DNA of 53,030 nucleotides, from assembly GCF_004010195.1 (NCBI RefSeq), contig NC_057720.1, positions 24,354,027-24,407,056 on the forward strand. Reading direction: 5' to 3'. Under the pieces are notes generated by a model. The model did not search any database. It saw nothing but the letters and a program-made list of their open reading frames with translations, and had not been told where the DNA came from. A program made the position numbers and the translations under genes. This document shows positions 1 to 13,200 of this stretch, in pieces. This stretch comes from Chiloscyllium plagiosum. Taxonomy: Eukaryota. The stretch's first letter is position 1. Each line of letters begins with the position of its first letter.

Positions 1-492
1 TTTTGGTCGCCATACTATAGGTAGGATGTGGAGGCACTGGAATGGGTGCAGAGGAGGTTTACCAGGATGTTGCCTGGTATGGTAGGAAGTTCGTATGAGG
101 AAAGGCTGAGGCACTTGGGGTTGTTTTCATTGGAGAAAAGAAGGTTTAGGGGTGACTTGATGATTAGGGGTTTAGATAGGGTTGACCATGAGAACCTTTT
201 TCCATGTATGGAGTCAGCTATTACGAGGGGGCATAGCTTTAAATTAAGGGGAGGTAGATATAGGACTGAAGTTAGGGGTAGGTTCTTCACTCAGCGAGTC
301 GTAAGTTCATGGAATGCCCTGCCAGTAGCAGTGGTGGACTCTCCCTCTTTATGGGCATTTAAGCGGGCATTGGATAGGTATATGGAGGATAGTGGGTTAG
401 TATAGGTTAGGTGGGCTTGGATCGGCGCAACATCGAGGGCCAAAGGGCCTGTACTGCGCTGTATTCTTCTATGTTCTATGTTCTATGTTCTA
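1..492 (+). mobile_element. CR1 (HER1-like) LINE 3' fragment
   Basis: ORF2 C-terminus [11 protein letters not shown]...LGLFSLEKRR.RGDL...TRGH...FFTQRVVSSWNALP; (TTCTATG)n tail. Confidence 0.92.
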
Positions 493-1097
493 TAATAATA
501 GTTATCACAGATCACTTAAAATTCGATTCAGTTCATTGCTGCCTTTCATGGAAGCAAATCTATTGCTCTTCACCATTTGGCCCAAGTGTGGCTTCAGACC
601 CACTCTCATGTGTTTGACTCATAACTGCCCTCTGAAATGGTCTAGCAACCACTCAGTTATCGGTGGCTCATTGACAATAAGTACCGATAGTGATGCTTAC
701 ATCCCACAAATAAGAAAAAATGTTGAGTAAACATTCCACAAAATACTTTTTTTTCGTAAAATCTGTTGCAGCTTTGCCCGGACCTTATGTAAGTTTGGGA
801 CAGATAAACACCAAACTGCCAGTGATAATGTCAATGATCCCAATTCAATGACGGTTCCACTTAACACCTGCTTTATAATAGACTGTGTCTTTTGTTTTAA
901 CTTTTGAAAATGCTTGATGGTAGTTTGTAATTTGTATATTCATGGTTTAAGACAGCCTTTTGTGAATTTTATTAGGAAATTTATTTGTGTGTGTTTTTTT
1001 TACTAAGTTATGATTCTTGCAGCTGCATATTAACTGCTTTAAATGTTTGAGGTATTTTATTTGAAATAAACTCTTTCTTAAATTGGCATGTTTGAAG

Positions 1098-1252
1098 TGA
1101 CGCTGCGGAGCAATCCAGGAATCATCTTCAAAGGATTTCTGCTGGAGGCTCGATCAGCTGACTCTTCATCAGAAACACCACTTGGCACCTTCACTCAAAG
1201 TCCTGAAGATGCTCAACTCCTTGACTGCCCGATTGGTGATACAACCCACAGA
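1098..1252 (+). CDS. FRRS1: FRRS1-like exon, Reeler domain ((V)[51 protein letters not shown])
   Basis: tttgaag| acceptor, |gtaagt donor; FKGFLLEAR Reeler motif; phase 1 to 0. Confidence 0.92.
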
Positions 1253-4200
1253 GTAAGTTGTTAGAAATTACAAATCAAGTGGTGACAATAGAATGAAAAA
1301 TCCCTACAGTGCAGAAGCCGGCTATTTAGCTCAGAGTGACCCTCCAAAGAGCATTCCATCCAGACCCACGCCATCCATGCATTTCCCATGTCTAATTCTC
1401 CTAGCCTGCACACCCCCGGATACTATGGGGCAATTTAACACAGCCAATCCACTTAACCTACAGATCTTTGAACTGCGGGAGGAAGCCAGAGCGCACAGAC
1501 CCAGGGAGATTGTGCAAACTCCACACAGACGGTAACGTCAGGATGGGGTTTTACTTGGGTCCCTGGCACTGTGAAGCAGCATGCTAACCACTGAGCTACT
1601 GTCACCCTTTTTTCTGGTCCGTGTTTTCCAGCAGTGAAGAACAGTCAGATTTATTTCTAACACAATACTGCACTTAGGTACTTGCACTACTAGATACTTT
1701 TGAATTATAAGATACACTTGTTTTTTTTTAAAACTACCACCATCGCATCCAACATGGGCAGAATGCAAATTTTATGCCGGAGCAAATAGTGAAACTGGTT
1801 AGGGAGGAGAATGTGAATAGAAGCAATTAAATCAGTTACTGGGAAAAAGGGTATCCGCATTGGATGCCTTAGTGAAAGAGGTAGACAGAAAGTGAAATTC
1901 TGTATTCATAGGGAATTGGGAGGCCCTTCAGATGAACAGAGAATTGGACCAGAAAATTATAGTGGTCAATGTCAGTCATCACATCATGAGAATCTAAGTG
2001 TACTGCTGCAAAAAGTCTAATGACCTTAGAATAATTATCTGAGTGAAATGTATCTCCAAATACCAGGTCTCAGGAGCTGCACCACTAGCCTCACACACTG
2101 CAATATGCTGTACACCAAGCATCAACAATTACTATCAATCATAATTCATAATATGCATGTGCTTCACTTCATCCTCAATCGCATAACATTGTGTCAAAAC
2201 TCACCGGCCAATCTCCCAACTTACACAACTCACTATTCTCCAACCACATCACCCGTGTGGATTGCATCCCACTCAACACCACTTTCCTTTCCTTTGCAGG
2301 ACAAGGCAGAGTATAACGAGAGGGCAAATAACCAGAGAAGGATCAGGTGTTCTTGCATGTCCTCACTCTGAGGGTGGAAATGGGGTTCTCCACAAGTGAT
2401 GCAGCCATCACCAAGGTTGTAGTGAGTGGACGGTGTGGAAGGGGTTAAAATAAAACAAAGACAATTTAAACAAGACAGACAGGGTTAAAACAAATATGTG
2501 TGAAGCAGCACTGACCACAAATTGTTTCATTTGAAAAGCTAAGTGTTGAGCGGATAAAGATGTAGCAAACCACAATTTGCTTCATTTTAAGCAAAGAGGA
2601 AGCTGTGAACTACATTTAACCTCTGGGGCAAGAGTCTAAGGCAAAAGACCTTATCTTAAGACATAACCAAAGCAGAATATGATTGGTCTATTGTGTTGCC
2701 AAGGCTTGAAAATCAATATGTAATTGGTCAATAAGAAGAAACCAATATATGATTGACGTGGATTTGTGTATAAAAATATGATTGTAACCTTCGAAAGGCA
2801 GACTCTCTGGGCAAGAGCGACTATTGTCCCTTGTAAGGATGAGTCCCTTGCATTGGCACTGTGTGTGTGTAACAAGAATACTATCATCTGACTAAACAAG
2901 GGGTTGAAACCATCGAAGTGATGTTATAATGATAGCTAATCTGAAGTTCAAGTTATGGAAAAGGGGGCGAATTATTAATTGGGAAATTGGCTGGGCAGAG
3001 AGACAGAGAGTGGGGAATAATGGTCAGGTAATCTAATTGACAGCATGTGGCTAGTTGTGTACTGCAAGGATTTAAATGAAGCTTCAACTATTCACAATTC
3101 ACACAAAGACAAATTTTGTGAGCAACGTAGAGAGAAGCACAGCACTTAAAGAAAAAATTAATACATTGAATGAATGATCAAAATAGTAACAAATAGATTT
3201 CAAAAGTACCAAATGTCAGGTCTCCCACATCAGATCTAAAACAAACAGAACTATGCACTTTCTAAACAGTGAAAAACTGAAGCAATTAAAATCCTAAGAG
3301 GCTTTGGGATTCTGATACATAGATCTTTAAATTAGTGGAAAACTATCAAGAAGAATTCTGATGTTTGTATGTGGAGAGTCTCAATGCAAAAGGGTAGAAG
3401 TTGTACTGCAACCATAAAAATGCTAAGGTTAGAGCACACCTGAAGTACAGTGAGCAGTGCTTTGGAGCACACTTTTGGAAAGATATATTGGTCTTAGAGA
3501 GAATGTTGAGTAGACTCAGAAGAAGTCACAAGACAAGTCCAGACCTCGGTCCAGATTTTTGCGGGGTTAAGAGGACCCTCTGGAATTTCAAAACTAGTAT
3601 TTGGGACCCAAGTTCCCTCTCAATTCCCTACGGATCCCAATTTTGTAAGGGAAAGCAGTGGAGGTGTCATTTACACGTAAGAGAAACTAAAAATCAGCAG
3701 GGCCATTTGAACTTAGTGCTGAGCTCAGACAAACCTCATTTTGGTTGTTACAAGGAACTTTACCCACGGTATTGGGGTTACAAATTTATGGAGCAGAGTA
3801 AATGCACTTGATAGGGCTGATAGGAGATTGATAGGTCAGTTAAAATGTCATAATCTAAAGGTTTTTTAAAAATCTCTGGTTGTTTAAGCATGTCTGTGGA
3901 AAGACTTATAAAGCTGACTGTCCAGCTCAGCCGTTTGATTAATTGTTTGTTGACATTGTCTATTGGTTGCTTATGAATGACTGGCTAATTATAAAAGTTA
4001 CATTCATCTAAACAGGAGCTCTGAGTTTACAGTTTCACTGACAGTCTAATGGGGCTATTAATTAAAAGTTTAGTTGCCTTTGTGATGTGAACAAATGTTT
4101 ACTTCTTTTCCTTAGTGATTAGCCACTTGAGATTTTAAATATTTAAATGAGCTTCAAGAATGAGCATTTACTTCATATAATGAAGGCCACATTTAATGTT

Positions 4201-7200
4201 TAGAATATTATTTTGTTTCTTTGCAAAATGGATCCTGCACGTGATGGAGACTGGGTGTTGAAATGGAGGAAATAGGGCCATGGGTAGATTGCATGGAGTA
4301 ATGGGTTGGCATGAAGACTACAAGGAGTCAGTGGGGACATGAGTTTGCATGGGGGCTACAGGGAGTCATGTGTTAGGTGGCACAAGAATTGGAATGAGGA
4401 GTGTGTGAGTGGGAGGGAGGCATGGTGTCAGGGGTGACGGCTGGAGGGCCTTAAATGTCACAGTATAACTGGAATGAAATCAGAGAATCGAGAGGAACCT
4501 TTCAACCAAGCGCACAGATTGCTGGAGAAACTCAGCAGATTTAGCAGCATTCCTGAAGAGAGAGAGTTAGTGTTTGAGTCTGATATGAATCGTTGATGCT
4601 GCCAGACCTACTGAGATTCTCCAGCAGCTTTTCTGTGTGTGTTTGTTTCATATTTCCAGCATCTGCAGAATTTTGCTTTTATTTAATCCCTTTACCCAGC
4701 CTGCCTTTACACTGAGACATTTGTGTGGGCATTTCAGCTCCTCTTCCAGGGGTTTTAGGCCCACCTGTACCCTGTACCTGTCACACCATATTAGAGATCC
4801 CTCCATCTGAGCACTTGGCTATCAGCTGAGAGATTTTCCAACTTGAACCACCGACAGCAACATCAAAACCTCATTGCCAGGATTCAAAGGTCAAATTATA
4901 AGGATAAATTATTCCAACGAGAGTCATGCCACCTGAGATTTAGAAGATTAGAGGGTGAATTGATCCAAATTTTCTAGATATTAAGATGAAATAAACATAG
5001 ATGGAGAGAATCCTTTTCCACTGAGGTCAGGAGTCAAGGACTGGGAGGCTCATTCTAAACCTTACAGTAAGGTCTTTCAAGAATGATGTGTGGAAACACT
5101 GTGACACACAAATAGGTTCGAAGTCTTAAAGACTTGTTTTGCCAACAGTAATTGATGCAACATCCAATATCAACTTGACATGTGAGAAAATGTTTGGTTA
5201 ATTTAAGATAACAAGGGATATGGGACCAAGACAAATGGAAGAGTTATGCTGCAGACACCACAATTTTGTTGTGAATGACGGAGGAATAAATACTAAATGC
5301 CCTATTTCTGTTTGTATGGTTGGTATTGATGGATTTGTCTACAAACCTTTCTTCACAGAGCTCTGCTGTAAGTCAGAGGTCCGCAAGCAATAAAGCAGAG
5401 ATCATTGTCAATTGGATTGCATCGGATACAGGAAACATTCAATTCAGGTAGTTTGTTTTGTAAATGATATCATTGTCTTTTACATTTGCTATCTTTCATT
5501 TTCACCACACAATAACCACCACCTCTCCCCCTGCACCCTGACCACCTTCATTCACAACTTCTGACAATCACACTCATGATCTGATGGTGAACTCTAGCAG
5601 ATCAGTTTCTCCCACCCAATAAGTTTTCTTGTCCTTTCCAAAATGAATGTCCTGCTGAAATCTCTGTCCAGATTGACAGACACATTATATGTGTATTTGA
5701 ATGAAGAGTCGAGAACACAACTAAGACTTTGCAAAAGCAAACTTCAGCAAGCTGTTGAGAGACAGGTACAGGAGAAGGATACAAACCTGACCAGAGACAG
5801 CAACAACAGAGGATGAGAAAAGGAGGCAGAGTGGTAGTGGTGGGAGCAATAATTGAGGAACTGATTAGAGGCAGTAACAGTGGAGATCAGGAGAAAGAGA
5901 GAGTGAGTGTCGGGGAAGAGCACAAACCCTTTTAAAAAGCTCTCCATCCTTCTCCTACTCTCTCTGTTTCTTATTCTTAGCTCTTGCTGCTGACTCGTCT
6001 GCTAATTAAGTGGTGAGAGTGTGTTGCTGGAAAAGCACAGCAGGTCAGGTAGCATCCGAAGAGCAGGAAAACCAAAGTTCCTGATGAAGGGCTCCGGCTC
6101 GAAACATCGATTTTCCTGCTGCTTGGGTGCTGCCTGACCTGCTGTGCTTTTCCAGCAACACACTCTCAACTCTGATCTTCAGCATCTGCAGAACTCACTG
6201 TCTCCTTGCTAATTGAGTAAAGTGTTCATTATTTTCATAGCAAGTTGATAATTTCTAAATCATAAAAAGAATGCAAAATAACAAATATTTCACCATTTAT
6301 AAAAACTATTTCTATGATGTTTTGACAGTACCCCAGTGATTCAGCAAAATTGCTGATGCAAGAATCTAAAGTTTGCATGCAATTAAAATGTTTTAATGAT
6401 ACGAAATAAAACCTAAACCAAGCTTAATTCAATCAGCTGAATTCCAACTTCCCACTGCTGAAGTCTAACTTCAAAGAGATACAGTTCGATTTCCAGAGAA
6501 CCGTTCTGGCTAGTTTTTTTTTCTGTCTCTTTCCCTAAAGCTGCATGTCTCCTAGCAATAAAATTGCACAACACTGCACATCGCAGACACAACAAACTCC
6601 CTCTCACACTCTCCATTTCTGAGACTTTTCACCCAATCTCTTCCTTTTCTTCTCTCATTTGTGTTTTTTTATTCCTTTCACAACCTCAATCTCTCTTTGC
6701 CTTTCTGTCTTGTTTATTGTTTCCTTTTCTCTCTCTCTCTCCTCTTCCCAAATTTGTGTCAATATGTGCCTGTCCCTCCCCATTTTTTTTTCTTCCTGTC
6801 TTATATTCCCCTGTTTGGGTTTGTGTACCTCTCCCTCGCTCCCTAGTTTGTTTCTGCCTTCTTTCTCTACTTTTCCACTTTCTGTTTTCCTGTCTCCCCC
6901 TCTGTTTGCTCCCTTACTAGTTTCTGTTTCTCTCCCCGCAACTCTTATTCCTCCCCTGACCTATTACTCTGACCCTAATCCACACTCATAAACAGTAATA
7001 CAGCCTGATTTCTTCTTCAATGAACAGTACAGCACAGAAATAGGCCCCTGAGCCCACCAAGACTGTGTCAACACAAGATGCCTGTCTAAACTAAAACACT
7101 TGCTTCTGTGTCGTCCATCTGCCTCCATTCCCTGCCTATTCATATATCAAGTCAAAATGGCTCTTAGACATTTGTATTGTATCTGCCTCTACAACTCCTC

Positions 7201-10200
7201 TAACAGCTCATTCCAGGCAATTATCACCCTCTTTTTTTTAAAAAAAAAGCTGACTTCTCACATTTCCTTTAAACTTACCTCCTTCCTTCTGGCAGGATTC
7301 TAACAGTTTAGGTTGATTATATACAGCGAGTAGTAGCTTTTAACTACACATCACCAATATCCAGTTGCAACCCTCTGGAGACCCATTACCAATTCTGATA
7401 GACTCATGTTCAAAGCAGAAAGATTGGGAACCTTTATGTAAATGGACTTGAGGCTAATCTGTCTGTAATATATCTGGCTGGCTACTCCCATACTGAAATT
7501 GAAAATGCAAACTCCACAGGATCCTAGCTATTGCCTCCTTTTTAAAAAGAGACATATAAAAATGCCATTGCTAAGACCATTTATAAAGCCTTAATTTGGA
7601 GTGTATCTTTAACTGGCAGGATACAACATTTCCAATCCTCACTCTGGTTATAGGAACAATGTTTGTTTTTAATTATTCATAACACCTTTTGTATTTTAGA
7701 GCCACTTTTGTGCAATCATTTTCAACATTTTGGATGGATGTCAGAAGTCAGACCATTGAAAGATCTGGCAGCAATGTGCCTTCTCCTACTATGACCACTC
7801 CTCTGAACACCATCACTCTATCTCAGGGGGTCAGTATAACCTCAAACTTTGATGTAAATACAGATTCGATAAGTCATGATCGTTTAATGCATATTCACTG
7901 CCATGTATTCTTCTTAGTAGCCACTTAGTAGAAACATTCACCAGTAAGGGACCAAGGTGATTGAACTGTACAACTGGATTCATGAAGGATCATATTTGGC
8001 TTGTGTATCTGCTGATTTGTGTAACCTATTTTGTTACCCTATACACAAATTGACAAACCTGCTTTCTGAATTCCTTTCCAAACAGTGGTCATTATTTTCA
8101 TAGCTAAACATCCAAATAACACTCTGTGTAAAATTACTTCAAACCTTTCCTATTTGTCCTAACAATAATTCTGAGTCAATGTAACTCCTTGCACATCCTA
8201 TCTCTACATACTTTGTTAGCCAATGGAAAGTTCTATTATTATGTGCCTTCTCAAAGCCTTCAGTGGTGTAGGAAGCTCATATTCAATGCCATCACCACCC
8301 AATCCTCTTTCTTATACTTGTGGCAGAACCCACTGGAAGCTGTTTTACTGCACAGAGTTTATTTAAACAACATACTAAAGCCAACAGTCTACAGAATCTA
8401 TTTAAACAAATTCTACATCTAAAACAGTATTATCTCCTGATAAAGGGAGGATAGTTTCTCAAGCAAAATTCTGTGGGTGCAGGGGATAGTTGCATACAAA
8501 TTTAGATACAAAAAAAAATCCTGCTTCCTTTCTGTAAGTGTGATTGACAAGAGAGTTATCCAATCACCTCTATTCTGTAAGGGAACTGAAGTAAGTCTGA
8601 GTGCAGCCAGTGTCCACACAATCTCCACTGGCATTTTATAGTCTTTTCATTCCAACATGGCATTCCAACATCTTGTTTCCGCAAGTCTAAATTTCTCTGC
8701 TCTTTACTTCTGTGTTACAGATATTATCATTTACTGACTGTACAAACTTCACATTTCTCTAGATTGGAACCAAATTTGCTCTCCATTTTCCTTTGTCTTG
8801 TAATTTTCTCTGATTTGCGATATACAGTAATTTTGATTTCACCCCTTTTTTGACCCATCTACACATCAAAATACGTAGTTTTAAAATAGATTTCTGGGAC
8901 CCACATGTCACTAAATGAACACTCCAAAACAGCTTGTCAGCAAGCAATTATTCTAATGCCAGGGAATAGAGCATGATGTCTGGTGCATATTCTAAAAACT
9001 GTCATTTACCACCACCTTCCTTCTGTTTAAACCCAGATCTCTAGTAATGGATGTGGCAGCACCAAATTTTGCTTCAGTAACCCTGCACAGTGCAATCCAG
9101 CCAGTGATCCAAACTGTTTCTTTATGTCATCCACTCCGAAGGGCAGCCAAGGCTTGCAATTTGAAATGAGTGGAAGGTCAACTGGCTATATCTCGATTGG
9201 TTTTTCAGATGACCAGCTAATGGTAAGAAATGTTGGAAGAAGATTTGCATTTGGAAGAATTCATTGGAATTTAGAACAGTGAGGGGGGGAATCATATAGA
9301 AACTTGTACAATTATGAAGGGAATGGATAAGATAGAAGCAGGGAGACTGTTTCCATTGGTGGGTGAAACTAGAATGAGGGGGCGTAGCCGTAAAATAAGG
9401 GGCAGTGGATTTAGAATTGAGTTGAAGAACATCTTCATCCAAAGGGTTGTGAATCTGTAGAGAGCCCTGCCCAGTGAGCAATGGAGGCTATCTCCTTGAA
9501 TGTTTCTAAGGCAAAGATAGATACATTTTTGAACAGTAAAAAAAATTAAGGGTTATGGTGAGCGGATGGGCCATTCAAATGGTCCACAAAAAGATCAGCC
9601 ACAATCTTATTGAATAGCGGAGCAGGCTTGATGGGCCCGATGGATTACTCCTACTCCTACTTCTTACATTCTTATTTAAGATAGAATGTATTTGACACAA
9701 GTCTAGGAAGTAGTCATTTTTGGTCAAAGAGTTATATTCCAGGTTGGTAGAGCTATGTAGTTTGATGCAGTTAATATTGTGATACCTGACAGAGATGCCC
9801 CCCAAATTATATTAGAAAAAAGTAAAAAAATTAATTCATGTGACCAACAATACAGGATAGTGGATCTTCCAGTTGAGTTGAAATATCAGTGTGACTGCAA
9901 GTCATTTCCCCCAAATGGTTAGATAATTTTTCTTCTCTCTTCAGCTAACTTAGAATAGGAGTTGGGAGCTGGGGGTGCAAGAAATGGTAGAGAGATAATA
10001 AAAGGTAACATTATTTTATTTTAACGTTTAAAGTATTCTTGCAATGTTCTCTTTTAATATCCATTGAATATTATATATCTTTCAGAATGAATGTGTTTCT
10101 CACTTAATTCAAGATTGCTGCCTGATATAAACTAAATTCCCAATTATGCAAGTGCATTTAACACCAAAATAATATATTTGAATGACTTAAAATGCCATGC

Positions 10201-13200
10201 CTGACAATTTCCATAAAGGTTCTTTTGTGTGAAGTATCCTGTCATTGTCTACTGTTTTTAAACCTAGGGAAATGATGATATCTACATTTGTGGTATGGAT
10301 GTCTCTGGGAATAGACAAGTACAGCGTGCCTATTCCACAGGAAGAGTGCGTCCTCGCACAGAACCACTGGTAACAAGCTTTAACTTGTACACAAATTAAA
10401 TAGACAAAGTCTTTTCCCTGGGGTGGGGAAGTCCAGAACTGGAGGGCATAGCTTTAGGGTGAGAGGGGAAAGATATAAAAGAGACGTAAGAGGCAACTTT
10501 TTCACACACAGGGTGGTGCGTGTGGATGGGTATGTGAATAGGAAGGGTTTAGAGGGATATGGGCCAAGTGCTGGCAAATGGTTGAGATATCTGGTCGGCA
10601 TGGACGAGCTGAACTGAAGGGTCTGATTCCATGCTGCACATCTCTATGACTCTGATTCTAAATAGATTGTATGCATGGCATCATTGTGCACCATTATATA
10701 CTTCAGTAGAGCCTAGTGAAAACGGTTTCACTCTTTGGCTTCAATGTGTGGTCTTTGAGTCCCAAATCAGGGACTGCGCTGAAACCTGAACTCTCGAATG
10801 CACTGTTGACATCTGGATTAACATGCAACATGCAGTACAATTTACACTAGACACTTCTTCAGATCAAGTGCCCTGATGTTGAAATGAGTTCCTGAACTGC
10901 ACGTTATGCAACATTATTACACAGCAGCGATTTCCCTGAAATGGCTGCTTCATACCCACAGTGTGTGCTTGCCTTCCAAAGGGCTCTCAAAGTTTGAGGG
11001 CAAGAAGAATGATATTTCACTGAAATGTTGAAAAATCATTGCAGGTGTGAGAGAGCACCACCATCTTGTAACATTGTCTCAATTACTTTTAAAACTGAAA
11101 TTTGAAAAAGGCTACTGCTACCAGGCCACCACTTCAGGCTATCAATGGAGGTCCTGGTGCTGTGTGGCCTCTGACAATTGACTTTAATAGACCATTTATT
11201 TACCTTAATTGTTTACCACTGATTGTAGATCTGTGGTAGCCTCTTATTTCCAATTCCATCACTGGGAAAAATGGCTTGGAGTGGGATGATGTTAGCAAGA
11301 GTTTGGAGGGATATGGGCCGGGTGGTGGCAGGTGGGACTAGTTTGGGTTGGGATGTCTGGTCGGCATGGACGAGTTGCGCCGAAGGGTCTGATCCATGCT
11401 GTACATCTCTATGACTCTATGACTGTATGCTCACTGGTGGCATGACACTTCACATGCACTTGCCTCTATATGATGGTGAAAATTGTGCCCATAATGTTTG
11501 TTCATTAACATTAAGATGCCAATGGATTATTCATATACAGGGCGAAGTGGACAATATAAATGTTGCTAATGAAAATGGAATCATTCAGTGCACATTTGTC
11601 ACAAGAAACAATATATCAACAGTACAAAGAGCTGCCAACAATCAGTACTACTTATTCTTTGCGTATGGGCCTTCAGCTGGCGGTAAGTACTGTAATGAGA
11701 GTCCAAATAAACAATTCTGTTTCACGTCTTTTGTTTTCAATACAGCATCCAATGCATTGTGTTCTATTTAAAGATTAGATAAGTAATTGAGTTAAAACTC
11801 AAAACTCTTTCATTTACTTCAAGGCACTCCTCAGTGGTCTTATCATCCAGAGCTCTATTTATTTTTGTTTTGTTTGGATTTATTTAGTTTTGATTTTTTT
11901 TCCTCAACAGTAGAAAGAAACTATTAATCTTTCAGTTTAACTTGACATACTATGAGCATTTGTTTTGGTGCATGTATGGAAAACACATGTTAAATGTGCC
12001 TGGTGTATCGGCTCATTTGGAATGAAGACAAAACTATGTGCATTTGGTGAAGTAACTCCTCTGAAACTGACAGAAGCTTCTGGAGTTTGCACACACGCAG
12101 TTAAACATGAGAGTTCAGAAATTGTTGTGATGGATTCAATGCATTCCATTGGATGTGCTATTGAAACCCAGCAAACTGCAAATCAAATATAATTCTTTGA
12201 ACTGATAAGACCTAAATTTTTTACAAAGTTTAAAAATCAGACAACACCAGGTTACAGTCCAACAGGTTTAATTGGAAGCACTAGCTTTCGGAGCGACGCT
12301 CCTTCATCCTGATTAAGGAGCATCACTCCAAAAGCTCGTGCTTCCAATTAAACCTGTTGGACTATAACCTGGTGTTGTGTGATTTTTAACTTTATACACG
12401 CCAGTCCAGCACCGGCATCTCCAAATCATAACATTTTTTACAATCTTGTTTGAAATACCATGGGTTTTGAACAGCTTAATAAATTCGTAAATACTGCTGA
12501 GAAATGTCTCTGGCCCGGAGAATTTCCATTTTATATCCACTTCTTGCTTTTTCAAATTTCTGAGATTTCAGTTTCTATGTTCATTCTAAAACTTGTTCAT
12601 TCTATAACTGTTCATTTACTTCACACTGTCAAATTTTAAATAAAGAAAAAAAATTCAGAGCATTTTGTTTTCCATCTTTCTATCTGTGAGAGGACATTAA
12701 TGTGACAGGCTGTCATCACTGTTGCTAGATACCTGGATCTCTTTTTGAGTTAACATTCGATTCAGTCTACTATAATGAAAGGCAAAATCCACTCAACAGA
12801 TATCAATCAATTTCCCTGAGCGGACTTCTTTGATATCAATGGCAAACACCTCACTTCACTACAGTGCCCAATATTAATATGCATATTTCTAATCTGCTGT
12901 TGGTAATGACTGGTCTATGTTTTTGTGAATTCTTTTGCTGAAGGTTATTCAACTTGAGTGGAGGGAAGAGGACAGCATAACAATGCAGTATGAATGGGTC
13001 AATTACATTTTCACCAAATCTCTTTATAAACCAAGTTGCACATTATCGTTCATACCAAATGAAAATGAAAACCATAAATATTTTGCTATTGGTAGCTATG
13101 CAAATGTAAATGCAACATCTGATGTACCTCAGTCAGTTGCACTGTCTCACCTTTTTGAGTCTGAATGTAATGAATTCAAGTTTCGCCCAGAAGCTTGAAC

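Noticed and set aside
493..1097. Start/signal-peptide exon of the FRRS1-like gene
   Set aside because: No segment found encoding a signal peptide or the N-terminal Reeler C..M.P.H motif with a phase-1 donor; presumably upstream of the window.
6564..6991. Hydrophobic ORFs resembling membrane proteins
   Set aside because: By-product of a CT-rich low-complexity tract; no splice or motif support.
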